DNA from: an uncultured Spirochaetota bacterium
GTDB taxonomy: Bacteria > Spirochaetota > Spirochaetia > SZUA-6 > CAVTHK01
NCBI GenBank assembly: GCA_963734495.1
Contig: CAVTHK010000008.1
Location: forward strand, 1 to 64,000
DNA length: 64,000 bases
Reading direction: 5' to 3'
Position numbers and translations under genes: made by a program. Under the pieces are notes generated by a model that saw nothing but the letters and a program-made list of their open reading frames with translations, had not been told where the DNA came from and made no database searches. Below, piece after piece: positions 1 to 8,891 of this stretch (position 1 is its first letter; each line of letters opens with the position of its first letter).

Positions 1-426
1 ATGGATCTGGCCGCGTTGCTTTCGCCGCAGCAGAAGCTGGACGTGCAGCAGCAGGTGCAGGCCTTCAACAAGGGCCTGGGCAAGCACGAGACGCTGGACA
101 GGGAGGACTTCCTCAAGATCCTCATCACGCAGCTGACCCACCAGGACCCGACCCAGCCCATGCAGGACAAGGACTTCATCGCGCAGATGGCGCAGTTCTC
201 CTCGCTGGAGCAGATGATCAACATGGGCGACGACATGAACCGGGTGACCGGGCTCATCGCCCAGGGCCACGCGCTCGGCCTCCTCGGACATAAGGTGACG
301 ATTGCAGTCGGCGAGGAGAAAGTGACGGGGGTGGTCGAGGGGATCCAGGGGCGCGAGGTGCCGCAGATCCTCGTCAACGGCAAGCTGTACGATTACGCGA
401 ACGTCGAATCGGTGAGCGCGGAGTAA
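1..426 (+). CDS. flgD: Flagellar hook capping protein FlgD
   Basis: FLKILITQLTHQDPTQPM..FIAQMAQFSSLEQ FlgD signature; directly upstream of flgE. Start is at the window edge, so the N-terminus is uncertain. Confidence 0.95.
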   Translation: MDLAALLSPQQKLDVQQQVQAFNKGLGKHETLDREDFLKILITQLTHQDPTQPMQDKDFIAQMAQFSSLEQMINMGDDMNRVTGLIAQGHALGLLGHKVTIAVGEEKVTGVVEGIQGREVPQILVNGKLYDYANVESVSAE

Positions 427-439
427 GGGGTGATCTGAC

Positions 440-1834
440 ATGATGCGGACACTGTACTCGGGTGTCGCGGGGCTTCGAAACCACCAGACGCGGATGGACG
501 TGCTGGGCAACAACATCGCCAACGTGAACACGACGGGCTTCAAAAAGGGCCGCGTGAACTTCCAGGACCTGATCTCCCAGACGGTCCAGGGAGCGGCCAG
601 GCCCACGAACGAGGTCGGCGGCGTCAACCCCAAGCAGGTCGGGCTCGGGATGCTCGTCTCCGCGATCGACACGATCCACACCCAGGGGTCGCTGCAGTCC
701 ACCGAGGTGATGACGGACGCGGCGATCCAGGGCGACGGGTTCTTCATCCTGCGCCAGGGCGACCAGCTCTTCTACACGCGGGCGGGCGCGTTCGGGCTCG
801 ACCAGGACGGCCTCCTGGTCAATCCCGCCAACGGGCTCAAGGTGCAGGGCTATCTCGCGGAGCAGATCGGCAACCAGACGATCATCAACCCCGCGGCGCC
901 GCTGCGCGACCTGGTGATCCCGGTCGGGTCGAAGGACCCGGCCCAGGCGACCACGGAGGTTCAGTTCGCCTGCAACCTCGACAAGCGGACGCCGCTGATC
1001 CCGGCGGGCACCCCGCCCGGCGACATCGCGATCGTGCAGGGCACGTGGGCGGCGACCTTCGACGTGTTCGATTCGTTCGGGCGCGCCCACCAGCTCCAGG
1101 TGAGCTTTACGCGCGACGCGGCCGCGCCGAACCGGTGGAGGGCCGTGGCCGTCGTCGATCCCGACGCCGCCGTGCCGACCAACACCAACATCGCGGGGCA
1201 GGCCGGCGGCAACGCGAACGTCTTCTACCTGAACTTCGACAACCTCGGCGCCCTGCAGTCGGTGACCGACGGCGCGCTCAACGTCCTCGACGCCCAGGGC
1301 GACCTGGGGGTGCAGGTGGGCTTCGACGTGCCGGAGGCCACGCCGGGGGCGGGAGGCGCCCCGACGCGGCAGACCTTCAACCTGCGTCTCGGGACCGTGG
1401 GCGACTACAAGCAGAGCATCACGCAGTTCGCCTCGGGCAGCACCACCAAGATGATCCAGCAGGACGGCTACACGCTCGGGTACCTCCAGAGCTTCCGGAT
1501 CGACCAGTCCGGCGTGATCATGGGCGTGTACACCAACGGGACCAACCGCCCCATCGGGCAGATCGCGCTCGCCTCGTTCACCAACCCGGGCGGCCTCGAG
1601 AAAGCCGGGGAGAACGACTACGTCGTGACCATCAACTCGGGCGCGCCCAGGGTCGACCCGGCCAATGTCGCGGGCAAGGGCAAGATCATCGCGGGCGCCC
1701 TCGAGATGAGCAACGTGGACCTGGCCGAGCAGTTCACCGACATGATCGTGACGCAGAGAGGCTTCCAGGCCAACTCGCGGTCGATCACCACCGCGGACCA
1801 GATGCTGCAGGAGGTGCTCACGCTCAAGCGGTAA
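440..1834 (+). CDS. flgE: Flagellar hook protein FlgE
   Basis: N-terminal GNNIANVNTTGFK and C-terminal LEMSNVDLAEQFTDMIVTQRGFQANSR; spirochaete K165/C178/N179 motif. Confidence 0.98.
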   Translation: MMRTLYSGVAGLRNHQTRMDVLGNNIANVNTTGFKKGRVNFQDLISQTVQGAARPTNEVGGVNPKQVGLGMLVSAIDTIHTQGSLQSTEVMTDAAIQGDGFFILRQGDQLFYTRAGAFGLDQDGLLVNPANGLKVQGYLAEQIGNQTIINPAAPLRDLVIPVGSKDPAQATTEVQFACNLDKRTPLIPAGTPPGDIAIVQGTWAATFDVFDSFGRAHQLQVSFTRDAAAPNRWRAVAVVDPDAAVPTNTNIAGQAGGNANVFYLNFDNLGALQSVTDGALNVLDAQGDLGVQVGFDVPEATPGAGGAPTRQTFNLRLGTVGDYKQSITQFASGSTTKMIQQDGYTLGYLQSFRIDQSGVIMGVYTNGTNRPIGQIALASFTNPGGLEKAGENDYVVTINSGAPRVDPANVAGKGKIIAGALEMSNVDLAEQFTDMIVTQRGFQANSRSITTADQMLQEVLTLKR

Positions 1835-1911
1835 CCGCGGGCTGACGCGCGGGGTGGTCGCGGCTTCGTGACGGCTGTATTGTTGTAGCAGGGGGGAGCG
1901 GTGCACGGGGG

Positions 1912-2109
1912 ATGATCGAGCTCACGAGGCTGGACGGCAAGGCGATCTACATCAATCCGCACCAGATCGAGTACGTCGAGTCCAACCCCGACACGACGCT
2001 GGTGATGCTCTCGGGCAAGAGGCTGGTGGTCCGCGAGGACTACCAGTCTCTTTTTGACAGGATCGTGGCCTATCGGAGGCTCATCGGAGCGTTCAAGAAC
2101 GAGGAGTGA
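1912..2109 (+). CDS. flbD: Flagellar FlbD (SwrD) family protein
   Basis: MIELTRLDG...INPHQIEYVESNPDTTLVMLSGKRLVVRE; 65 aa, follows flgE. Confidence 0.93.
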   Translation: MIELTRLDGKAIYINPHQIEYVESNPDTTLVMLSGKRLVVREDYQSLFDRIVAYRRLIGAFKNEE

Positions 2110-2184
2110 GGCGCGAGGGCGGCGACGGGCGCCTCGCCGTCATCCCGGGATGGAACGGCGGACCTGTTGCTCGGCGCGCTTTTC

Positions 2185-2193
2185 TGTTAGACT
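2185..2193 (+). promoter_or_regulatory. Putative extended -10 promoter for fliL
   Basis: TGtTAGACT in a T-rich patch about 20 nt upstream of the fliL ATG. Confidence 0.4.
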
Positions 2194-2214
2194 GCTTTCA
2201 AGAGGGCTGTTGGG

Positions 2215-2772
2215 ATGGGAGACGAAGAGCGGTTCCTCGAAGAAGAGGTGGCTGGCGAGGGGCAGGGCGAGGCCGCGCAGCGGCCGGGCATGCTCTCGGG
2301 CGTCCTCATCAACGTCCTCAAGTGGCTGGCGATCGGCCTGGCGGCCCTCATCGTGATCGCCACGGTCTCCTGGCTCACGTTCACGCTCTTCGCACAGGGC
2401 CGCGAGGCGCAGGGGGTGGACGTCTTTTCCAGCGAGCGGGGGCGTGACTCGGCGCCGCCGCTGGACTACTTCAAGGCGAACCTCGACGACATACGCGGCC
2501 AGACGAGCGACAATCCGCCGCTCACCTTTATGGCCAAGGTGAGCATCGGCTACCTCAGGGGCAACCAGAAGGTGCAGACCGAGCTCGTGAGCAGGAGCGA
2601 CGAGATCCAGAACACGATCCTGATCTACCTGGGCAAGAAGAAGGCATCGGAGCTGACCACGGCCAACCTGGACAGGCTGCAGAACGAGCTCAAGCAGCTC
2701 ATCCAGGTCAACGTCCTCAGCAGCGACGCGGCGATCTACAAGGTGCTCTTCCGCGAGCTTCAGACCTTCTAG
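2215..2772 (+). CDS. fliL: Flagellar basal body-associated protein FliL
   Basis: Acidic N-terminus, single TM helix, C-terminal FliL-like domain; directly upstream of fliM. Confidence 0.88.
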   Translation: MGDEERFLEEEVAGEGQGEAAQRPGMLSGVLINVLKWLAIGLAALIVIATVSWLTFTLFAQGREAQGVDVFSSERGRDSAPPLDYFKANLDDIRGQTSDNPPLTFMAKVSIGYLRGNQKVQTELVSRSDEIQNTILIYLGKKKASELTTANLDRLQNELKQLIQVNVLSSDAAIYKVLFRELQTF

Positions 2773-2783
2773 AAGGGCGGGGC

Positions 2784-3809
2784 ATGACCGAAGTTCTGTC
2801 GCAGGACGAGATCGACCAGCTTCTGACGGCGATTTCCGCGGGCGAGGTGGAGCCGCAGGAAGTCCAGCATGCCCCCGATCAGAAGAAGATCAAGATCTAC
2901 GACTTCAAGCGGCCGGACAAGTTCTCCAAGGACCAGATGCGGACGGTCTCGATCATGCACGAGACGTTCGCCCGGCTCACCACCACGTCGCTCTCGGCAC
3001 AGCTGCGCAGCCTGGTGCACGTGCACGTCGCGAGCGTCGATCAGCTCACCTACGAGGAGTTCATCCGCTCCATTCCCAACCCGACGACGCTGGCGGTCAT
3101 CAACATGGATCCGCTGCGCGGCTCGGCCATCCTCGAGATCGACCCGGCGGTGACCTTTTCCATCATCGACCGGCTCTTCGGCGGCCAGGGCGAGGGCGCC
3201 AAGTTCCAGCGCGACCTCACCGACATCGAGCAGTCGGTGATGGAGGGGATCATCGTGCGCGTGCTCGGCAACATGCGCGAGGCATGGAGCACGGTGATCG
3301 ACCTGCGGCCGCGGCTCGGGCAGATCGAGACCAACCCCCAGTTCGCGCAGATCGTGCCGCCGAGCGAGATGGTCGTCCTCGTGACGCTCGAGACCAAGGT
3401 GGGCGAGGTCGAGGGGATGATGAACTTCTGCATCCCCTACCTGACGATCGAACCGATCATATCCAAGCTGAGCGCGCAGTACTGGTACTCCTCGGTGCGC
3501 CGCGGGGGCACCACCGAGAACCTCAACGTCCTCAAGGACAGGCTCGCGAGCGTGCGGGTGACGATGGTGGCGGAGATAGGGACCATGCAGCTGACCATGC
3601 GCGACGTGCTCAGCCTGCGTCCCGGCGACGTGATCCGCCTGCCCGACACGAGGGTCGGCGATCCGATGCACGTCACGATCGGGGCCCGCAACAAGTTCCT
3701 CTGCAGGCCGGGCGTGCTCGGGAACAAGGTCGCCGTCCAGGTGGTCCGCAAGATCGAGGAGCCCAGGCCCGAGGACTTCGAGGAGCTCTCGGCCGGCATG
3801 GAGGAGTGA
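2784..3809 (+). CDS. fliM: Flagellar motor switch protein FliM
   Basis: LSQDEIDQLL CheY-binding peptide, YDFKRPDKFSK, C-terminal SpoA domain. Confidence 0.98.
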   Translation: MTEVLSQDEIDQLLTAISAGEVEPQEVQHAPDQKKIKIYDFKRPDKFSKDQMRTVSIMHETFARLTTTSLSAQLRSLVHVHVASVDQLTYEEFIRSIPNPTTLAVINMDPLRGSAILEIDPAVTFSIIDRLFGGQGEGAKFQRDLTDIEQSVMEGIIVRVLGNMREAWSTVIDLRPRLGQIETNPQFAQIVPPSEMVVLVTLETKVGEVEGMMNFCIPYLTIEPIISKLSAQYWYSSVRRGGTTENLNVLKDRLASVRVTMVAEIGTMQLTMRDVLSLRPGDVIRLPDTRVGDPMHVTIGARNKFLCRPGVLGNKVAVQVVRKIEEPRPEDFEELSAGMEE

Positions 3810-3811
3810 GC

Positions 3812-4918
3812 ATGAGTGACGGGTCCCTTTCGCAGGACGAGATCGACGCGCTGCTGCAGGGCACCGATTCCGTCGACATCGACGCCGGGCCGACCGTCGC
3901 GGCGGGCGTCGGGCTGACCGAGCAGGAGCGGACCTCCTTCCAGTCGCTGCTGCGCGAAGTGGTCGAGTCGCAGAGCTCCAATCTGAGCATGCTCACGGGC
4001 AAGAGCGTCCACATCGACGTGCCGACGGTGCAGGCGGTGGCGCCCGAGCAGGTCGCCGAGGACCTGCCGGACCAGGTCGCCGAGATCAGGATCGACTTCG
4101 CCGAGGGGCTCCCGGGCGAGCACTCCTACCTGCTTCCGGTGGCCGCTGCGACTCGCATCGCGGGGCTGATGATGGGACAGGACGGGGTCGAGCTCGACGA
4201 AGTCGCGACCTCGAGCCTCGGCGAGGCGATGTCGAACATCGCCGGCCCGACGACGACCGCGATCGCCAACCAGATTTCCGGCGCCGTGCAGATCAGCCCG
4301 CCCGTGACCGAGCGCAAGGCCAAGGGCGACCTGAGGCTGCCCTCCGGAGAGCTCCTCGTGAAGGTCGAGTACCCGCTCACGATCGAGGGCGACATGCCGA
4401 CCCGCCTCGTGGAGCTCTTCAGCCTGGCGACCGTCAAGGAGATCGTGTCCGCGGCGCCTTCCGGCGCGGCGCCCGCTCGCCCCGCCGCGGCGCGCAGCCA
4501 GGCCGCGGGCCGCGCGGCCCGGCGTCCGGCGCCGCCGCCGCAGGCGGCCTTCGCGCCGCCGGCCGGCGCCATGGGGTTCGGGCTCCAGTCGGGCACGCCG
4601 AACGTCCAGCCGGTGCAGTTCCCGTCGCTGCAGGGCGGGGCGCCCTCGGTCGAGGCCGGCAACATCGGGCTCCTGATGGACGTCTACATGGAGCTCACGG
4701 TCGAGCTCGGCCGGACGCGCAAGCTCGTCAAGGATATCCTGACCATAGGCGAAGGCTCGATCATCGAGCTCGACAAGCTCGCGGGCGAACCCGTCGACAT
4801 CCTGGTCAACCACAAGCTCATCGCCAAGGGCGAGGTCGTGGTGATCGACGAAAACTTCGGCGTGCGGGTCACCGAGATCGTCTCGCAGGCCGAGCGGATG
4901 AGCGACCTGGGGGCGTAG
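3812..4918 (+). CDS. fliY: Flagellar motor switch protein FliY (CheC-like + FliN)
   Basis: MSDGSLSQDEIDALL N-terminus, CheC-like middle domain, FliN C-terminus (LMDVYMELTVELGRT...GEVVVIDENFGVRV). Start reassigned to ATG 3812 after GGAG. Confidence 0.93.
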   Translation: MSDGSLSQDEIDALLQGTDSVDIDAGPTVAAGVGLTEQERTSFQSLLREVVESQSSNLSMLTGKSVHIDVPTVQAVAPEQVAEDLPDQVAEIRIDFAEGLPGEHSYLLPVAAATRIAGLMMGQDGVELDEVATSSLGEAMSNIAGPTTTAIANQISGAVQISPPVTERKAKGDLRLPSGELLVKVEYPLTIEGDMPTRLVELFSLATVKEIVSAAPSGAAPARPAAARSQAAGRAARRPAPPPQAAFAPPAGAMGFGLQSGTPNVQPVQFPSLQGGAPSVEAGNIGLLMDVYMELTVELGRTRKLVKDILTIGEGSIIELDKLAGEPVDILVNHKLIAKGEVVVIDENFGVRVTEIVSQAERMSDLGA

Positions 4919-4982
4919 GCGGGACGAGCCGGCGGGGCGTGCCGTTCCGGCGGCCCCACCCTGCGGAAATCGGCCGGCCCTC

Positions 4983-5011
4983 TGGCAAAAGAAAGAGGGC
5001 TGTTGTATAAT
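4983..5011 (+). promoter_or_regulatory. Internal sigma70-like promoter upstream of fliO
   Basis: TGGCAA-17-TATAAT (perfect -10 at 5006-5011) in an AT-rich patch. Confidence 0.6.
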
Positions 5012-5039
5012 AACCGCAAGTGACTCTGGGAGGGGACAC

Positions 5040-5630
5040 TTGAGGCTCATGATTTTCGTCCTGCTGGCGGCCGTCGCCGTCGGCGGGGTTGCGTTCGCGC
5101 AGGCCGCGGACAGGCCGGCCGCCAAGCCGACAGACAATCCGGAAAAGCTCATCCAGATCGGCGACGAGTCGGCCGCGACGCCGGCCGCGAGCCGGCAGCA
5201 GCCGCTGGTCTCCACGTGGGACTTCGTCCGCATGGTCCTCATCCTCGCGGCGGTCGTCGGCGCCATCTACCTGTTCTTCTATCTGCTGCGGAAGAGCGTG
5301 TCGCCCGCCCGCAGCGAAAGCGACATGATCCGCCTCCTCGGCCAGCGCTCGCTCAACGGGTCGCGCGCCCTGTACCTGGTCGAGGTGGGCACCTCCGTCT
5401 TCCTCGTCGGCGCGGCGGACTCGCAGGTGTCCCTCGTGGCCAGAATCACCGACAAGGAAAGCCTCGACTCGATACGCGTTGCCATGGCGCAGGACGCGGA
5501 GCGGCCCGCGGCGCGGCGCAGCTTCGCGAGCCTGATCGGTGGGATGTTCACGCCGGTGGCGCGGGGGCTCTCGCCCCACGACAGCCTGAGCTTCCTGCGG
5601 CGGCAGAAGGACAGATTGAAGCGTATGTAG
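5040..5630 (+). CDS. fliO: Flagellar biosynthesis protein FliO/FliZ
   Basis: TTG start after GGGAGG; TM helix followed by IRLLGQRSL...LYLVEVG..VFLVGAADSQVSLV; between fliY and fliP. Confidence 0.85.
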   Translation: MRLMIFVLLAAVAVGGVAFAQAADRPAAKPTDNPEKLIQIGDESAATPAASRQQPLVSTWDFVRMVLILAAVVGAIYLFFYLLRKSVSPARSESDMIRLLGQRSLNGSRALYLVEVGTSVFLVGAADSQVSLVARITDKESLDSIRVAMAQDAERPAARRSFASLIGGMFTPVARGLSPHDSLSFLRRQKDRLKRM

Positions 5631-5719
5631 AAGAATCCGAGAGCTCTTGGAACCGGGTCCGGGGACGGACCCGAGCCGGCGTCGCGGGGAAGGAGCGGCA
5701 CCGGCCGGCTGGGGGGGGA

Positions 5720-6523
5720 ATGAAGGCGAAGCTCTTGATCCTGGCGCTGCTGCTGTCGGCGAGCGCCGTTTCCGTTTTCGCTCAGGCGGCGCCCGGCGCG
5801 CCCGCGGCGCCTGCGCCTCGCGCCGGGGCCGTCAGCCCGACGGCGCTGCCGTTCGTCGACCTGAACATACGGCCGGCGCAGAACCCGAAGGAAGTTGCGC
5901 TGTCCGTGCAGCTCCTGCTGCTGCTCACGGTCCTCACGCTCGCTCCCTCGATCCTGGTCCTGACCACCGCGTTCCTGCGCATCGCGATCGTGTTCGACTT
6001 CGTGAAGAGGGCGCTCTCGCTGCAGCAGGTGCCGCCGACGCAGGTCCTGCTGGGCATCGCGCTGTTCCTCACGCTGTTCGTGATGTTCCCGACGTTCCAG
6101 GACATCTACACGAACGCGTTCCAGCCCTTCGCCAGGGAGCAGATCGGCCTCACCGAGATGTTCCAGCGCGCCGAGGCGCCGCTGCGCGTCTTCATGGCCA
6201 AGCAGATGGGGCGTGACTTCAACAACGTGCGGCTGTTCATGACCATGAGGGGGCTGCCGAAGCCGGCGACGCTCGCCGACGTGCCGACGTACGTGCTCAT
6301 CCCGGCCTACGTCCTCCACGAGCTCACCGTATCGTTCAGGATCGGCGTGCTTCTCTTTATCCCGTTCATCATCATTGACATGGTCGTCGCGTCGATTCTC
6401 ATGTCGATGGGCATGATCATGCTGCCGCCCGTGATGATCTCGATGCCGTTCAAGCTGGTCCTGTTCGTGCTGGTGGACGGCTGGGGGTTGATCACGATGC
6501 AGCTCGTGCGGAGCTTCCACTAG
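5720..6523 (+). CDS. fliP: Flagellar export protein FliP
   Basis: LTLAPSILVL, QQVPPTQVL, MGMIMLPPVMISMPFKLVLFVLVDGW; signal peptide from ATG 5720. Confidence 0.97.
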   Translation: MKAKLLILALLLSASAVSVFAQAAPGAPAAPAPRAGAVSPTALPFVDLNIRPAQNPKEVALSVQLLLLLTVLTLAPSILVLTTAFLRIAIVFDFVKRALSLQQVPPTQVLLGIALFLTLFVMFPTFQDIYTNAFQPFAREQIGLTEMFQRAEAPLRVFMAKQMGRDFNNVRLFMTMRGLPKPATLADVPTYVLIPAYVLHELTVSFRIGVLLFIPFIIIDMVVASILMSMGMIMLPPVMISMPFKLVLFVLVDGWGLITMQLVRSFH

Positions 6524-6539
6524 AGGAGGGTAGGCATCG

Positions 6540-6809
6540 ATGACTCTCGGGTTCGTCATCAACATCCTGCGCGACGCAGTGCTGCAGATCCTGCTGCTGT
6601 CGGCCCCGATCCTGCTGGTCAGCATGGTGGTCGGCCTGATCATCTCCATCGTCCAGGCGACCACGTCCATCCAGGAACAGACGCTGACCTTCGTGCCCAA
6701 GATCGCCGCGATTCTGGGCGCCCTGATGCTGCTGGGTCCCTGGATGTTCACTTCGCTCGCGCAGTTCACCACCCGGCTCTTCGAGCGGATCCCGGACATG
6801 GGCGGCTGA
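6540..6809 (+). CDS. fliQ: Flagellar export protein FliQ
   Basis: QATTSIQEQTLTFVPKI signature; 89 aa. Confidence 0.97.
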   Translation: MTLGFVINILRDAVLQILLLSAPILLVSMVVGLIISIVQATTSIQEQTLTFVPKIAAILGALMLLGPWMFTSLAQFTTRLFERIPDMGG

Positions 6810-6825
6810 TCGAGGGAGGCGCGTC

Positions 6826-7617
6826 ATCGAGCTCTTCATTCTGAACTTCCAGCTCCTCCTCCTCGTGTTCGTGCGGGTCCTCGCCATGATCCAGGTCGCG
6901 CCGCTGCTCTCCAGCTCCGCCATCCCGCAGACGGCGAAGGTCGCTCTGAGCCTCTTCGTGGCGGCGATGGCGCTGCCCTACGTCGCGGACACAGGATACC
7001 GGCTCCCGGGCAACAGCGTGGACTACTTCCTGCTGATCATCGGGGAGGCGCTCATCGGGATCATCATTGGCTTCATGCTCGTCATGATCTTCGCGGTCTT
7101 CCAGATGGCGGGCGAATTCTTCTCGCTCCAGATGGGCTTCGGTGCCTCGGAGGTCTTCGACCCGCTCGCGCAGGTGGAGATCCCCCTGATGGGCCAGTTC
7201 TTCAACATGGCGGCCATGCTGGTGTTCCTTTCGATGGGCGGCTTCTACAAGTTCATGCTCATCGGGGTGTACCGGTCGTTCGGGGCGGTCCGCGCCGGCG
7301 ACCTGGTCGCGCACAAGGAGGCCGTGTTCCAGCTCTTCTCCAGTGGGCTCGGCCAGCTCTTTGCCTCGGCCCTGACCCTTTCCCTGCCGATTCTCGGGAC
7401 GTTGATCCTGGTCTCCGTGGCGATGGGCCTCCTCGCGAAGGCCGCGCCGCAGATGAACATCCTGGTCATGGGCTTCCCTGTGGCGATCGCGGTCACGTTC
7501 CTGCTGCTCCTCGCGTCGCTCCCGTTCCTGCTCGAAGCCTTCGGCGGGCTCATCGACGCGACGTTCGAGAAGATGCTCCGGCTGTTCGCGGCCCTGACGG
7601 GTGAGGTGAGCCGATGA
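6826..7617 (+). CDS. fliR: Flagellar export protein FliR
   Basis: FVRV..MIQVAPL, GE..SLQMGF, KAAPQMNILVMGFP. The frame stays open upstream to ATC 6826, which follows a GGGAGG SD; the ORF track starts at GTG 6865. Confidence 0.93.
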   Translation: MELFILNFQLLLLVFVRVLAMIQVAPLLSSSAIPQTAKVALSLFVAAMALPYVADTGYRLPGNSVDYFLLIIGEALIGIIIGFMLVMIFAVFQMAGEFFSLQMGFGASEVFDPLAQVEIPLMGQFFNMAAMLVFLSMGGFYKFMLIGVYRSFGAVRAGDLVAHKEAVFQLFSSGLGQLFASALTLSLPILGTLILVSVAMGLLAKAAPQMNILVMGFPVAIAVTFLLLLASLPFLLEAFGGLIDATFEKMLRLFAALTGEVSR

Positions 7618-8765
7618 CGGGCGTCCTCTTCGGCCTGCGCGACCCGTTCCGCTTCGTCCCGCAGCCCCTGATGCTGCCGGCCTCGTTCGCGCCGGCCTTT
7701 GCCGCCGAAGACGAGGGGCGCACCGAGGAGCCCACCGAGCACAAGATCCGCAAGGCCCGCGAGGAGGGCAAGGTCGCGAAGAGCGCGGAGTTCACCTCGG
7801 CGGTGGTGCTGCTGGTCGCCACAGTCATGCTCGCGCTCGTCGGACGGATCATGCTCAAGGGCATGGCCGAGATGCTCACCTTCTTCCTCAAGGGCGCCAC
7901 CGAGATGGACGTCGCGACCGACCTCAGGCTCGGCGCGCTGTTCATGCGCTGGCTCGTGCCGATCACGGCGCCGGTCCTCGCTGCGGCTCTCGTCGCCGGC
8001 ATCGCGGCCGAGGTCTTTCAGGTCGGCTTCCTGTTCTCGACCAAGCCCATCACCCCCGACGTCAACCGGATCGTTCCGAGGTTCGGTCGCTTCTTCCGCC
8101 GGGCGTTTCTCTCGGGGGAGGCCTTCTTCAACCTGGCCAAGAATGTCTTCAAGATCGCGGTGATCGTCGTGATCGTCTTTCTCAACGTGGAGCCCGCGAT
8201 CCCTCGCATCTCGCGCCTGGCGACGTTGCCGTTCATGGTGGGTTTCGGGTTCTTCGCCTGGATGACGTTCCGCATCGTGGTCGAAGTGGCGGTCATCCTC
8301 CTCGTGCTGTCCCTGCCGGACTACCTCTTCCAGCGGTGGCAGCACCTGGAGTCCCTCAAGATGTCGCGCCAGGAGATCAAGGAAGAGCGCAAGCAGTACG
8401 AAGGCGACCCGCTGATCCGCAGCCGGCTGCGGGAGCGCATGCGGGAGATCATGAACCGCAACATGCTGAGGGCGGTGCCGCGGGCCGACGTGGTCATCAC
8501 CAACCCGACCCACTACGCCGTCGCGCTCGACTGGGAGAGGGAGACCATGCCCGCGCCGACGGTGGTGGCCAAGGGAGTGGATGCGATGGCCGAGAGGATC
8601 CGCGAGGTCGCCCGTGAGGCGGGGGTGCCGCTGGTGGAAAACCGGCCGCTCGCCCGCGCGCTCTACGCGGAGGTCGATATCGGGGACGCGATCCCGGAGA
8701 AGTACTACGAGGTGATGGCGAGGATTCTCGCGGACATCTACCGCCTGCAGCAGAGGGCGGTCTAG
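7614..8765 (+). CDS. flhB: Flagellar export/substrate-switch protein FlhB
   Basis: RTEEPTEHKIRKAREEGKVAKS and NPTH autocleavage motif. Confidence 0.97.
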   Translation: MTGVLFGLRDPFRFVPQPLMLPASFAPAFAAEDEGRTEEPTEHKIRKAREEGKVAKSAEFTSAVVLLVATVMLALVGRIMLKGMAEMLTFFLKGATEMDVATDLRLGALFMRWLVPITAPVLAAALVAGIAAEVFQVGFLFSTKPITPDVNRIVPRFGRFFRRAFLSGEAFFNLAKNVFKIAVIVVIVFLNVEPAIPRISRLATLPFMVGFGFFAWMTFRIVVEVAVILLVLSLPDYLFQRWQHLESLKMSRQEIKEERKQYEGDPLIRSRLRERMREIMNRNMLRAVPRADVVITNPTHYAVALDWERETMPAPTVVAKGVDAMAERIREVAREAGVPLVENRPLARALYAEVDIGDAIPEKYYEVMARILADIYRLQQRAV

Positions 8766-8891
8766 CGCCCTGCCGGGCGGGGGCACGCCGGGCCCCGGGG
8801 CAGGCGCGGTTTGAGGAGACGGCCCGGACGCGGCGCGCGCCGCAGGGCGATCTGAAGGCGCGGCGGGCGCCTGGACGCAGGGAGGAACGAG

